From Beijerinckiaceae bacterium (GTDB taxonomy: Bacteria; Pseudomonadota; Alphaproteobacteria; Rhizobiales; Beijerinckiaceae): DNA of 64,000 bases. Shown one piece after another: positions 10,474 through 20,803 of this stretch (position 1 is its first letter; each line of letters begins with the position of its first letter). The notes beneath the pieces were generated by a model, which was not told the origin of the DNA, did no database searches, and worked only from the letters and a program-made list of their open reading frames with translations. A program made the translations under genes and the position numbers. The stretch is taken from NCBI GenBank assembly GCA_019753285.1, contig JAIELD010000066.1, positions 290 to 64,289 of the forward strand. The letters are read 5' to 3'.

Positions 10474-11889
10474 TCAGCCCAGCGCCGCCAATACCCGCGC
10501 CCACGACCTGATGCCCTTGTGGAAGGATTTGAGGTCGTATTTCTCATTGGGCGAGTGGATGCGGTCATCGTCGAGGCCAAAGCCGATCAGCAGCGAATCA
10601 AGGCCGAGCGCTCGCTTGAATTCTCCGACCACGGGAATCGAGCCGCCCGAACCGATCACGGCCGGCGTGACGCGCCATTCGTCCTTCAGCGCGGCGACCG
10701 CGCGTTCGAGCTCCGGCCGGTCGGTCGGCACGTGGAATGGCTTCGACCCGCCATGCGAGACGAACTCGACCGAGCAATCATCCGGCACCTGGCTTTGGAC
10801 GAAAGCGCGGAAATTCTCGCGGATCGGATCGGGATCCTGCTCGCCGACCAAGCGGAAGGATATCTTCGCGCTTGCCTGGGCCGGGATGACCGTTTTCGCC
10901 CCGACACCGGTATAGCCGCCGACGATGCCGTTGACGTCGCAGGTCGGGCGCGACTGCACCTGCTCGATCAGCATGCGGCCCGTCTCGCCGGCCGATCTCC
11001 TCAGACCGATCGGACCGAGGAAATTCGTCTCGTTGAGATCGAGCTTGCGCCAGCCATCGAGCACGGATGCGGAGGGCTCGCTCACGCCGGCATAGAAGTC
11101 CGGCACCATGATCCGGCCATCGGCATCATGCAGCGAGGCGATGATCGCCGAGAGCACATGGATCGGGTTGCGCGCCGCGCCGCCATAAAGACCGGAATGC
11201 AGGTCGCGATCCGCACAGCGGATGATGATTTCCTCGTAGAGCAGGCCGCGCAACGAGGTGGTGACGGCGGGCGTGTCACCATCCCACATGCCGGTGTCGC
11301 AAACGAGCGCGATATCGGCCTGCAATGCCGCCGCGTGCTCTTTGATGAATAAGGGCAGATTGCCCGAGCCCGATTCCTCCTCGCCCTCGATGCAGATGCG
11401 GATATGGGCCGGCAGGCCGCCCTGAACCTGGAGCATGGCGCGGCAGGCCTCGACGAAGGTCATCAACTGGCCCTTGTCGTCGGCTGCACCGCGGGCGCAG
11501 ATCACTTTCTTGCCGTTTTCCAGCGTGTTGAGCCGCGGATCGAACGGGTCGGCGGTCCATAGATCCAGCGGGTCGACAGGTTGTACGTCGTAATGGCCGT
11601 AGAACAGCAGCGTGCGGGCATCGGGGTTGGCGGATTCGAGATGCGCGGTGACGATCGGATGGCCCTTCGTCTCGACGAGCTCTGTGTTGAACCCCATGCT
11701 CATGAGGTCGGAGATCAGCCAGTTGGCGGCGGCGTGGCACTGCGTGGCGTAGGCGGGATCGGTCGAGATGGACGGAATGCGCAGAAACGCGAACAGCCTT
11801 TGCAGGCTGGCGTCCATCGATTGATCGATAAGGTCGAGCACCGGCTGAAAGCCTGTTGTCGTCGCTGCAGGCGGGCTGTTGTCGTCCAT
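10474..11889 (-). CDS. M20/M25/M40 family metallopeptidase (dipeptidase-like)
   Basis: 471 aa. ...LLFYGHYDVQP...ARGAADDKGQL...IEGEEESGS... are the typical M20 metal-binding motifs. Confidence 0.85.
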   Translation of the reverse strand: MDDNSPPAATTTGFQPVLDLIDQSMDASLQRLFAFLRIPSISTDPAYATQCHAAANWLISDLMSMGFNTELVETKGHPIVTAHLESANPDARTLLFYGHYDVQPVDPLDLWTADPFDPRLNTLENGKKVICARGAADDKGQLMTFVEACRAMLQVQGGLPAHIRICIEGEEESGSGNLPLFIKEHAAALQADIALVCDTGMWDGDTPAVTTSLRGLLYEEIIIRCADRDLHSGLYGGAARNPIHVLSAIIASLHDADGRIMVPDFYAGVSEPSASVLDGWRKLDLNETNFLGPIGLRRSAGETGRMLIEQVQSRPTCDVNGIVGGYTGVGAKTVIPAQASAKISFRLVGEQDPDPIRENFRAFVQSQVPDDCSVEFVSHGGSKPFHVPTDRPELERAVAALKDEWRVTPAVIGSGGSIPVVGEFKRALGLDSLLIGFGLDDDRIHSPNEKYDLKSFHKGIRSWARVLAALG

Positions 11890-11973
11890 GTCGTTCCTCC
11901 ACGAAATTTCTGGCGTTGTATCGGTGCCGGGTCCGGCGGCTCGGCGGCGGAATGGCTCGCCGCCTTCATCCGC

Positions 11974-12576
11974 TCAATTCATGTCCGGGTTCCAGTAGCT
12001 CACGATCGTGTCGAGATCGGGCCGGGCCCGGTCCGGCTGCGTGCTGTCGGTCGTTCCAAGCAGGATGATTCCGGCGACGCTTTCCTCCGGACCGATCTGG
12101 AGCGCCGCATGCGCCACGGGATGATAGGCCGCCCAGCCGGTGATCCAGTTGGCGCCGAACCCCGCTGCTCCGGCAGCGGTAACCAAATTCATGCAGGCCG
12201 CGCCGGCCGACAGGGTCTGCTCCACTGCGGGGATGTCGCCAGCAACGATCCTGCTGACGACGATGACGATGACCGGGGCGATCGTGAACACCTTTTTGAT
12301 CTTCTGTTCGGCGAGCAGGCGGTCTTCCGGCGGCGCGCTCGCAAGCGCGTCGATCATATGCCGGCTCAGCGTGTTCCGCGCTTCGCCGCGAACGACGATG
12401 AAGCGCCATGGCGTCAGGGCACCATGATCCGGCACGCGGGCCGCGATGGCGAGAAACCGTCGAAGGCCGGCCTCGCTCGGGCCGGGCTCGCGCAGCGTCG
12501 CGGTTGCGGCGGATCGGCGGGATTCGAGAAAGGCGAGCACTGCTGCTCGTGAAGCGTCGGTCGGACAGGAGGTCAA
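11974..12576 (-). CDS. Nitroreductase family protein
   Basis: 200 aa. The sequence reads FLESRRSAATATLREPGPS...AARVPDHGALTPWRFIVV.... Confidence 0.8.
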   Translation of the reverse strand: MTSCPTDASRAAVLAFLESRRSAATATLREPGPSEAGLRRFLAIAARVPDHGALTPWRFIVVRGEARNTLSRHMIDALASAPPEDRLLAEQKIKKVFTIAPVIVIVVSRIVAGDIPAVEQTLSAGAACMNLVTAAGAAGFGANWITGWAAYHPVAHAALQIGPEESVAGIILLGTTDSTQPDRARPDLDTIVSYWNPDMN

Positions 12577-12793
12577 TTCGGGTCGTCTTTACGTTCGGCG
12601 GCTTGATCGATCGTCTAGCCTTGCACCAAAACGGGGTTCGATGAAAGCGCGGCCGCACCTTCAGAACGTTCCATGTCGGGCGAAGATGATTTCGATCAAA
12701 TAATGCGGTCTTGCCGGGCGCGATTGCGTTTTTCCTTTTTCGCGGCATGTTCTAGTCAATCCTTTACGATTTCGATCGAATGCTCCTGCGATC

Positions 12794-13621
12794 ATGCCAA
12801 TCCGCCTGCCCGGTTCTCATCGCTTTGCGGCATTTCTTCTCGCCATGGCGGTCGCTGGCGTCGTCATGCTCGTGCCGGCCGGGGCAAGTCGTGCCGAAGG
12901 CGATGCCGCGGCAGGTTCCTGCGCCGCGGCGAGCGGGCCGAGCCAGCGCCTGCGGGGTGTCAGCGCTCGCAACGAGCTGCTGCTCGACGACGGGCGCTCC
13001 GTGCGCCTTGCCGGCCTCGACCTGGCGCTGCCCCCGCCGGAGGGCGCGTCCTGGTCGGAATTTCTCGAGACGCTCGCGCGCAATGCCTCGCTGAGGCTTG
13101 GAGCCGTCTCCGGGCCTGACCGCTGGGGCAGGACCAACGCGCAAGTCTTCGTGAAGCCGGACGAGGCCGAAAGCGAGGCGTGGCTGCAGGGCTATCTGCT
13201 CGATACGGGCAGCGCCCGCCTGCTGCCCGAGGCCGAGGCAAGGAGTTGCTGGGGCGCGATGATCGAGGCCGAGACCGCCGCACGCAAGCAAAAGCGTGGC
13301 CTCTGGACGGCGAGCGGTGCCGTTTTTTCTTCCGACCGGCCAGCCGATATTTTCAAAAAACGTGGCGAACTTGCCATGGTGGAGGGAAAGATTATCGGCA
13401 TCGGTGAATCGCGCGCCGTTTTTTATTTGAATTTCGGCCGCTCATGGCGGAATGACTTTACCGTCATCGTTCTGAAGCGGCAGATGAAGCAGTTTGAGTC
13501 GGCGGGTTTGAAAATCAGCGAGCTGGTCGATAAATCCGTGCGGGTGCGCGGTATCGTCGATGGGCAGTACGGCCCGCGCATCGAGGCGTCGATGCCTGAA
13601 CAGATCGAAAAGCTGGATTAG
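12794..13621 (+). CDS. Secreted thermonuclease (SNase-like) family protein
   Basis: It has an N-terminal signal/TM segment. ...DRWGRTNAQVFV...LQGYLLDTGSARL...AARKQKRGLW... resembles staphylococcal-nuclease-like domains. Confidence 0.6.
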   Translation: MPIRLPGSHRFAAFLLAMAVAGVVMLVPAGASRAEGDAAAGSCAAASGPSQRLRGVSARNELLLDDGRSVRLAGLDLALPPPEGASWSEFLETLARNASLRLGAVSGPDRWGRTNAQVFVKPDEAESEAWLQGYLLDTGSARLLPEAEARSCWGAMIEAETAARKQKRGLWTASGAVFSSDRPADIFKKRGELAMVEGKIIGIGESRAVFYLNFGRSWRNDFTVIVLKRQMKQFESAGLKISELVDKSVRVRGIVDGQYGPRIEASMPEQIEKLD

Positions 13622-13628
13622 TTCGAAG

Positions 13629-15125
13629 ATGTCGCCAGGTCTTGCAAGCTCGACATCGCCACGCCCGCCGCATGGGCGAAGGGCAGGCGCGCTCTGCGCT
13701 CTGTTCGGCGCGGCGCTGCTTCTCGCCGCCTGCGCGTCGGATGCGATCGTGCCGCTGCCGCCGGAAAAACCGTCGCAGCTCAATGCCCCCCGTCAGGTCG
13801 ATGCGGCCTCGGCGGCGGAGCACCGCCGATTGCTTGCGGCCTTCAATGGCGAATATCGCGCCCCGGCCGCGCAGGCGTTGATCGACGAGACGGTAACGCG
13901 GCTCGCCAACGCGACAGAGCGGCCGGACCTTCACTATCGCGTCACGATCCTCAATACGGGTCGCGTCAACGCCTTCGCGCTGCCGACCGGATATATCTAC
14001 GTGACCCGCGGCCTGTTGGCGCTCGCCAACGACACGTCCGAACTCAGCTCCGTGCTCGCCCACGAGATGGCGCATGTGACGGCGCGCCATGCCGTGGAGC
14101 GGGCGGAGCTCGAGCGCCGCTCCGTGCTCGTGAGCAAGGTGAACTCCGATCTGCTCAACGATCCGCAGGCGGGCCAAGTCCGGCAGGATCAGGGGCGCGT
14201 CGCCATTGCCAGCTTCTCGCGCCAGCAGGAGCTCGAAGCCGATCAGATCAGCGTGCGCACCGTCGCCAAGGCCGGCTTCGATCCTTATGGCCCGACACGT
14301 TTCCTGCAGTCGCTTGGCCGCAGCTCCGTGCTGCGCGGCCGCCAGGGCGACCGGACGACCGTCGATTTCCTCGCGACGCATCCCGCGACGCCGGAGCGCG
14401 TGCAGGCGGCGTTGCTTGCCGCCCGCCAGATCGGCGCGCCGCAGTCAAGCGAGGCCAACCAGGCCGAGCGCAACCGTTATCTTGCCGCGATCAACGGCAT
14501 GATCTTCGGCGACGATCCGGCAGACGGGCTGGTGCGCGGCTCGAAATTCGTGCATCCGCGGCTTGGCTTCGCCTTCAGCGCGCCTGACGGCTTCCAGCTC
14601 GAAAACTCCGCCGACGCCGTGCTCGGCATCAAGGAAAACGGTCAGCAGGCGCTGCGCTTCGAGAGCATCAAGCTGCCGCAAGGCATGACGATCGACGATT
14701 ATCTCAAGACGAGCCCCATTCCCGAGGCGCCGACCACCAATATCGAGCCGATCACCGTCGGCGGCATCCAGGGCGCGACCGCGCTTGCGAACAGCAACGA
14801 CTGGACCTATCGCTTCGCGGTGCTGCAATCGGGTCCGCGTGCCTACCGCATGATTCTCGCGGCGCAAAGCTATACGCCGGAGGTCGATCAGCAATTCAGG
14901 AAGAGCATCGCGACCTATCATACGCCGACGGCCGAGGAACTCGCCGGCACCAAGCCGCAGAAACTCGCCATCGTCATCGCCCAGGCCGGCGACACCGCGC
15001 AGTCTCTCGCAAGCCGCATGGCCGGCGAACGCGATCGTGCGCTCGAGCGCTTCGCCATCCTCAACGGGCTCGAGGACGATCAGACGATCAAGCCCGGAAC
15101 GCGCTACAAGATCATCACGCAGTAA
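13629..15125 (+). CDS. M48 family metalloprotease lipoprotein with a C-terminal LysM-like domain
   Basis: Trimmed from 13560 to MSPGLAS...LLLAAC (lipobox), starting just after the upstream stop. It carries the HEMAHVTARH zinc motif. The C-terminus IAQAGDTAQSLASRMA...ILNGLEDDQTIKPGTRYKII is LysM-like. Confidence 0.8.
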   Translation: MSPGLASSTSPRPPHGRRAGALCALFGAALLLAACASDAIVPLPPEKPSQLNAPRQVDAASAAEHRRLLAAFNGEYRAPAAQALIDETVTRLANATERPDLHYRVTILNTGRVNAFALPTGYIYVTRGLLALANDTSELSSVLAHEMAHVTARHAVERAELERRSVLVSKVNSDLLNDPQAGQVRQDQGRVAIASFSRQQELEADQISVRTVAKAGFDPYGPTRFLQSLGRSSVLRGRQGDRTTVDFLATHPATPERVQAALLAARQIGAPQSSEANQAERNRYLAAINGMIFGDDPADGLVRGSKFVHPRLGFAFSAPDGFQLENSADAVLGIKENGQQALRFESIKLPQGMTIDDYLKTSPIPEAPTTNIEPITVGGIQGATALANSNDWTYRFAVLQSGPRAYRMILAAQSYTPEVDQQFRKSIATYHTPTAEELAGTKPQKLAIVIAQAGDTAQSLASRMAGERDRALERFAILNGLEDDQTIKPGTRYKIITQ

Positions 15126-15128
15126 CGC

Positions 15129-16199
15129 TCAGGCGACCTTCACCGCGACGCCGCCCTTTGCGATGAGACGGATCGTACCTGCGACGAGCAGGACGACGAC
15201 GAGGTTGGCGGCGGCGAAGAGCGGCAGCGCAAGGGTCGCGACGATGCCGGTCTCGCCGCGCTCGACGAAGCGCAACGCCGCGAGCGGCACAGCCGTGACG
15301 CCGAATGAATACGCCCAGTAGCCGATCGAGAAGGGCTGTTTCAAAAGCCAGGGCAGAAGGCGCAGCATGATGAGCGACAGAAAGCAGGCATGGCCGAAGA
15401 GCGCATGCGCGAAGATGTCGGGCGCGCCGTTGGTGAGCGCGAGATAGGCGACGCAGGCGCTCGATGGCGGCGCATAGAAGATGCCCATGCTTGCGCGCTG
15501 GCCGGCCGGAAGCTCCGAGGTGAACAGGCGCTGCAGCAGCACCGATTCAAGCCCCATCCAGGACAGCATGCCAACGCCGAAGAACAGCATGCCCCAATCG
15601 GCATGGCCAAGCACGCCGCAGGCGATGGCGCAGACGAAAGAGCCGCCGATCGCCGGCATGAAGATGACGGGCGGAATGTCGGCGGGCTTGGCCTCGCCAA
15701 GCCAGAGCGGACCGAGCCTGACGACGTAGAGGATGATTTCGGCGCAGACGCCGGCGACCAGCATGGCGTTTGCAGCGGCAGGAAGATGCGGTGCGATGGC
15801 GACCGCGGCGATCAGCGTCGACATGGGCAGCAGTGCGAAATAAAGGCTCGTCACCGGGTTGCGCCATTCTGCGAGCGCCAGCGGCGTATCGATCAGCCAG
15901 CGCAGGAGCCAGAGGCCGAGACAGATCGCCCAGGCGATGAACGCAGCCCAGGCGAGGACGTCCGACACGATGATCGGCACGCCGAAGAGATGGCTGCACA
16001 CGCGCCATCCGGCGGACAGGCCGCCAATGCCGAGCACCATGCCGAGGCTCGATATCGGCACGCCGAGGCGCTTCAGGGGATGAGTGGCGGCAAGTTCGGC
16101 CGGCTTGCTCTGCAATGGATGGTCGATGGCGATTGACCCGTTTGCCTGCGATGAAACAGCAGATGGTCCTAGCCCCGCCGCCAGAGCCACGGCAACCAT
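15129..16199 (-). CDS. TDT/SLAC1-TehA family anion transporter
   Basis: Trimmed from 16358 to MVAVALAAG. It has ~10 TM segments, and its overall pattern resembles TehA / C4-dicarboxylate-malate transporter family proteins. Confidence 0.6.
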   Translation of the reverse strand: MVAVALAAGLGPSAVSSQANGSIAIDHPLQSKPAELAATHPLKRLGVPISSLGMVLGIGGLSAGWRVCSHLFGVPIIVSDVLAWAAFIAWAICLGLWLLRWLIDTPLALAEWRNPVTSLYFALLPMSTLIAAVAIAPHLPAAANAMLVAGVCAEIILYVVRLGPLWLGEAKPADIPPVIFMPAIGGSFVCAIACGVLGHADWGMLFFGVGMLSWMGLESVLLQRLFTSELPAGQRASMGIFYAPPSSACVAYLALTNGAPDIFAHALFGHACFLSLIMLRLLPWLLKQPFSIGYWAYSFGVTAVPLAALRFVERGETGIVATLALPLFAAANLVVVLLVAGTIRLIAKGGVAVKVA

Positions 16200-16389
16200 T
16201 TTCCGCGCCGCCCCGGCAAAGATGCTTGACTCACCCGACCTTCCTCTCCACCTTCCGGCGCGCCTGACAGGGCCGCGCCCGTGCAAGGCCGTTCGCCCTT
16301 CCGACCCACGACCGGCGTCCGAGCGAAATGAAGCGCGCAACCATGCACGGGTTTTCACGTGCCATGAGAGCGGCTTTCCAGGAACATAG

Positions 16390-17343
16390 ATGCGCGCTTA
16401 TCTCGATTTTGAAAAACCGATTGCCGAGCTTGAGGCGAAAATCGTCGAGCTCAAGGATCTGGCCGCCAGCGGCAACCCTGCTTCGCTCGGCGAGGAGATC
16501 CGCAAGCTCGAGCAGCGCGCCGATACCACGCTGAAGGAATTATACGGCGCGCTTACGCCGTGGCAGAAGACGCAGGTCGCGCGTCATCCGGACCGGCCGC
16601 ATTTCGTCGACTACGTGAAGCGCCTCGTCACCGATTTCACGCCGCTCGCGGGCGACCGCGCGTTCGGCGAGGACGAGGCGATCATCGGTGGCTTTGGCCG
16701 ATTCGAAGGCCAGTCCGTCTGCGTGATCGGCCAGGAGAAGGGCTCCGACACCGAGAGCCGCCTTCGTCACAATTTCGGCATGGCTCGGCCCGAGGGCTAC
16801 CGTAAGGCGATCAGGCTGATGGAGATGGCCGACCGTTTCGACATCCCGGTGATCTCGCTGGTCGACACGGCCGGTGCCTATCCCGGCATCGGCGCGGAGG
16901 AGCGCGGCCAAGCCGAGGCCATCGCCCGCTCGACCGAGGCCTGTCTCGAGCTCGGCGTGCCGAATGTCGCGATCATTATCGGCGAGGGCGGCTCAGGCGG
17001 TGCCATCGCGCTCGCCACGGCGAACCGGGTGATGATGCTGGAGCACTCGATCTACTCCGTCATCTCGCCCGAAGGCGCTGCCTCGATCCTGTGGCGCGAT
17101 GGCGCGCGGGCGCAGGAGGCGGCGACCAGCATGAAGATCACCGCGCAGGACCTCATCCGCTTCGGCGTGGTGGACGAGATCATCGCAGAGCCGGCGGGCG
17201 GCGCGCATCGCAACCCGCAGGCCGCCATCGAGAGCGCGGGGCGGGCGATATCGAATGCACTCGCCCAGTTCACAGGAAGCGCCCGCGATGATATACGCAG
17301 CCGGCGCGCGGAAAAATTCCTTGCAATCGGGCGCAAGTTTTAG
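16390..17343 (+). CDS. accA: Acetyl-CoA carboxylase carboxyltransferase subunit alpha
   Basis: 317 aa. The sequence reads [18 protein letters not shown]...ARHPDRPH...[45 protein letters not shown]. Confidence 0.97.
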   Translation: MRAYLDFEKPIAELEAKIVELKDLAASGNPASLGEEIRKLEQRADTTLKELYGALTPWQKTQVARHPDRPHFVDYVKRLVTDFTPLAGDRAFGEDEAIIGGFGRFEGQSVCVIGQEKGSDTESRLRHNFGMARPEGYRKAIRLMEMADRFDIPVISLVDTAGAYPGIGAEERGQAEAIARSTEACLELGVPNVAIIIGEGGSGGAIALATANRVMMLEHSIYSVISPEGAASILWRDGARAQEAATSMKITAQDLIRFGVVDEIIAEPAGGAHRNPQAAIESAGRAISNALAQFTGSARDDIRSRRAEKFLAIGRKF

Positions 17344-17530
17344 GCACCCTTGGTGGTGGTCGTTGACGTGCATGGCGATGCGGGCAGATTTAGCGGAATG
17401 TTAACCCTGCCATCCTCTTGCTCTGCGCTATGTGGCAAAGCTGGTTTATGGTAGCGATGAATTAAGGATAATCGCTGCTTCAAGGCATTCATCGCGTTTT
17501 ACTCATACGTTTATCCCGAGACACCGATCC

Positions 17531-19159
17531 ATGATGCATCAACTTCGCGCAGCAGGCCGCAGGTCGCTCTTCTCCGCAGTAGCCCTCGCCGCGCTGGCGC
17601 TTTCCGGCTGCGTCCAGGAAGATTCGCTGCCGCGCAACAGCCGCCACTACGTGCCGCTGCCGCAGAAGACGCTCTCGCTCATGGCGGAGAAGAACATGAC
17701 GAAGGAGGCGCCGATCCTGATCCGCGCCTACAAGCAGGAGAGCGAGCTCGAGATCTGGAAGAAGGACTCGCAGGGCAAATACGCCCATCTGAAGACCTTC
17801 CCGATGTGCCGCTGGTCCGGCCAGCTCGGCCCCAAGACCCGCGAGGGCGACCGCCAGGTGCCTGAAGGGTTCTACGCGATCACGCCGGGGCAGCTCAATC
17901 CCAACTCGAATTACTATCTCTCGTTCAATGTCGGCTATCCCAACCAGCTCGACAAGGCGTATGGGCGCGATGGCGGCCTCATCATGGTGCATGGCGCATG
18001 CTCCTCGGCCGGTTGCCTGTCGATGACCGACGAGCAGATCGCCGAAATCTACGCGCTGACGCGGGAAGCCTTTGCCGGCGGCCAGCAGCAGGTGCAGATG
18101 CAGTCCATGCCGTTCCGCATGACGCCAGCCAACCTCGCCAAATTCCGTGCTGATCCCAACATCGCCTTCTGGAAGAATTTGAAGGAAGGCTCCGATCATT
18201 TTGAGGTGACGAAGCAGGAGCCCAAGGTCGGCATCTGTGGCAAGAAATACGTGTTCGACGTCGATTCCAAGGGCGTGCCGCTTGACGCCTCCAGGCCGTG
18301 CCCGGCCCTTTCGACCGATACGGCGATCGCGAGCGCCGTGAAGGAGAAGGAGCACTCCGACGAGGTGAAGGTGGCCGAACTCGTCAGCCAGGGCGTTAAG
18401 GCCGTGCGCCGCACCTATGTGGATGGCGATCAGCACCCCTCGTTCAAGAGCACGCTCACGGCCGATGGCAGCGTCGCCACGCGCTCGGGCCGGTTCGTCG
18501 AGGTCAGCCAGACGCATGCGCTCAACGGCGCGACCGAGGTTGCGATCGAGGATGTCGGCGTCAAGGCCTCGAAGGTTTCGACCGCCGTCGCCTCGCTGTC
18601 CCGCAAGGCGGCACCTGCGCCGGTCGCCGAGCCGGCGGCATCGCCAGCTCTGGCGCTGGCATCGGAGCCCGCCGCGCCGCAGGTGCTTGCAGCGCTGCCC
18701 GCCGGCCAGGCTGTCGCAGTTGCGCCCTCCCTGTCGCCTGTCGAGGCTTTGACGCCGCCCGCTGCCAAGACTTCGGCTCTGCCTTTCTATTCGAGCTGGC
18801 TCGGTGGAGGTGAAACGAAGGCTGAAACGCCGGTTTCGCTCGCGCCGACGCCTGCAGCAGCTCCGGCTCCCGCCGCGCTGCCTGCCACTGCGCCTGGAAA
18901 GCTTGGCGCGGCCGCGAAGCCCGCTGATGCGAAGGCCTCCACCGGGAAGACGCCAGACAGCAAGACTCCAGAGGGCAAGGCCGTTGAAGGCAAACCCGTC
19001 GCCAAGAAGCAGGCTGCCGTTCATCCGGGTGTGACGCCGGCAGCCGCTGGCGGCAAGCCGGCTTCTGACAGAACACCCGGCTCGGCCAAAACGTCCGTCA
19101 CCGGCAAGGTCTCGGTAAAAGCCGCGCCCGTGACCGTTGCCGCGAAGTCGGCGCTCTAA
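17531..19159 (+). CDS. L,D-transpeptidase family lipoprotein (YafK-like) with a long Ala/Pro/Lys-rich C-terminal tail
   Basis: Trimmed from 17432 to MMHQLRAAG...ALALSGC (lipobox). ...REGDRQVPEGFYAI...YPN..D...GRDGGLIMVHGACSSAGCLSMTDEQI is a YafK-type catalytic region. The last ~190 aa are low complexity. Confidence 0.8.
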   Translation: MMHQLRAAGRRSLFSAVALAALALSGCVQEDSLPRNSRHYVPLPQKTLSLMAEKNMTKEAPILIRAYKQESELEIWKKDSQGKYAHLKTFPMCRWSGQLGPKTREGDRQVPEGFYAITPGQLNPNSNYYLSFNVGYPNQLDKAYGRDGGLIMVHGACSSAGCLSMTDEQIAEIYALTREAFAGGQQQVQMQSMPFRMTPANLAKFRADPNIAFWKNLKEGSDHFEVTKQEPKVGICGKKYVFDVDSKGVPLDASRPCPALSTDTAIASAVKEKEHSDEVKVAELVSQGVKAVRRTYVDGDQHPSFKSTLTADGSVATRSGRFVEVSQTHALNGATEVAIEDVGVKASKVSTAVASLSRKAAPAPVAEPAASPALALASEPAAPQVLAALPAGQAVAVAPSLSPVEALTPPAAKTSALPFYSSWLGGGETKAETPVSLAPTPAAAPAPAALPATAPGKLGAAAKPADAKASTGKTPDSKTPEGKAVEGKPVAKKQAAVHPGVTPAAAGGKPASDRTPGSAKTSVTGKVSVKAAPVTVAAKSAL

Positions 19160-19196
19160 AGCCACGCTCGCCGCGTCAAGACGGCCGGGGCTCGTC

Positions 19197-19964
19197 ATGC
19201 CGCGCCCCATCGTCCTCGCGGTTTTCGCGGCGCTTGTCTCATTCAATCCACTGACGGAATTGCGTGCTCAAGAGCAGCGCGGCGCATCGCCGCCGCAGGT
19301 TGCACGACCGGACGTTCACTCCGCAGCATCGCCAGCAACCGAAGTGTGGAACAGTGGTACGAAAGCCGCGACGCCTTTCGATGTGCGCGAGCCATACCGC
19401 GTGATCGCGCGGCGCGAGGCGGCTCGGCTCGGCGTGCCCTACGAACTCGTCGATGCCGTGATGTCCGTCGAAAGCCGCTACAACCCGCTGGCTGGCGGCA
19501 AGGCCGGCGAGGTCGGGCTGATGCAGGTGATGCCGCAAACTGCAAGGCTGCTCGGCTTCAACGGCACCAACCAGCAGCTATCGGAGCCCGAGACCAACAT
19601 CAGGCTTGGCGCGGCCTATCTCGCGGGAGCATGGAAGCTCGCCAATCAGGATATCTGCACGGCGGTGATGAAGTATCGCGCCGGGCACAACGAGACGCGG
19701 TTTTCGGTCTTGTCCGTGCGCTACTGCATGCGCGTACGCCAGCATCTTGCCAGCCTCGACTACCCTGTCACAGGCTCGCTGCCCGCGCCGACCTTCGGTT
19801 TCGAGGCGGATGTCACTCGCATGGGCGTCGCGATCGGCTCCGTCGCCGCAGCCCGCCGGCACGCAACCGGCCGCAAGCTGCGCAGCCGGGTGGGCTGGGG
19901 CGCTCATGACGCGAGGCTGAAGGCCCTCGATGCAAGGGTGAAAGGCATCAGCCTCGGCAACTGA
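19197..19964 (+). CDS. Lytic transglycosylase (SLT domain)
   Basis: Trimmed from 19137 to MPRPIVLAVFAAL (signal). ...VMSVESRYNPLAGGKAGEVGLMQVMPQTARLLGF...AYLAGAW is the SLT catalytic region. Confidence 0.85.
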   Translation: MPRPIVLAVFAALVSFNPLTELRAQEQRGASPPQVARPDVHSAASPATEVWNSGTKAATPFDVREPYRVIARREAARLGVPYELVDAVMSVESRYNPLAGGKAGEVGLMQVMPQTARLLGFNGTNQQLSEPETNIRLGAAYLAGAWKLANQDICTAVMKYRAGHNETRFSVLSVRYCMRVRQHLASLDYPVTGSLPAPTFGFEADVTRMGVAIGSVAAARRHATGRKLRSRVGWGAHDARLKALDARVKGISLGN

Positions 19965-19968
19965 AGCC

Positions 19969-20673
19969 TCAGCGGATCGAGAAGTTGACCGATCCGAGCC
20001 CTGCGACGCTGCCCTCGATCGTGTCGCCGCGCTTCAAGCTTGCGACACCTGACGGCGTTCCGGTGAAGATGAGGTCGCCGGGCATCAGGCGCATGTCCTT
20101 CGAGGCATAGGCGATGATCTCCGGGATCGACCAGATGAGATCGGCGACATCCTGATCCTGCTTGACGACGCCGTTGACGCTGATGCTGATGCGGCCCTTC
20201 GCGATATGGCCAACCGATGCAGCGGGGTGGATCGGCCCGCACGGCGCGGAATGATCGAAGCCCTTCGACCAATCCCATGGATGCGAATTCTTCTTGGCCC
20301 GATTCTGCACGTCGCGCTTGGTGAGATCGATGCCGACCGCGTAGCCATAGACATGGTCGAGCGCGGCTGCCTCGCTGATCGCGAAGCCCTCCTTGCCGAT
20401 CGCCACCACGAGTTCGATCTCGTGATGCAGATCCTCGGTTCCGGGCGGGTAATCGATCGCGGCGCCGTCCTCGACGATGGTGTCCGCCGGCTTCATGAAG
20501 AAGAAGGGTGGCTCGCGGCTCGGATCATTGCCCATCTCGCGCGCATGCGCCTCGTAATTGCGCCCGACGCAAAGGATGCGCCGCACCGCAAAACGTGCGT
20601 CCGAGCCTTTGATGGCGAGGGAGACTGGCGGCTGAGGCGGAAACACATAGGTCATGAGAAGCGTCGCTTTCAC
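19969..20673 (-). CDS. Fumarylacetoacetate hydrolase (FAH) family protein
   Basis: ...ILCVGRNYEAHAREMG...PFFFMKPADT...HEIELVVAIGK...DLTKRD...GDLIFTGTPSGV. The start may be the internal Met at 20655. Confidence 0.88.
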   Translation of the reverse strand: MKATLLMTYVFPPQPPVSLAIKGSDARFAVRRILCVGRNYEAHAREMGNDPSREPPFFFMKPADTIVEDGAAIDYPPGTEDLHHEIELVVAIGKEGFAISEAAALDHVYGYAVGIDLTKRDVQNRAKKNSHPWDWSKGFDHSAPCGPIHPAASVGHIAKGRISISVNGVVKQDQDVADLIWSIPEIIAYASKDMRLMPGDLIFTGTPSGVASLKRGDTIEGSVAGLGSVNFSIR

Positions 20674-20803
20674 AGTGCGTGGCAGGCAAGGCCAAGCCGG
20701 ATAAATCAGGCATGAACGCCGTTTTCAGATCACATTCAAGCGCGCTGGTCCAGAGTGGCTGCAGCGATGAGGCATCAAGCCTCGTCGCACAAGAAAAGGA
20801 CCG

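Noticed and set aside
13560-13628. An upstream start for the M48 protease that would overlap the thermonuclease gene by 62 nt.
   Set aside because: The internal Met at 13629 begins right after the upstream stop and gives a proper lipoprotein signal (…LLLAAC). The extension is Arg/Ser-rich with no signal function.
17390-17405. CtrA-box-like sequence TTAG-N7-TTAAC upstream of the YafK-type L,D-transpeptidase gene.
   Set aside because: It has one mismatch to TTAA-N7-TTAAC and is a single occurrence. Other TTAAC motifs in the window have the wrong spacing, so it cannot be supported from sequence alone.
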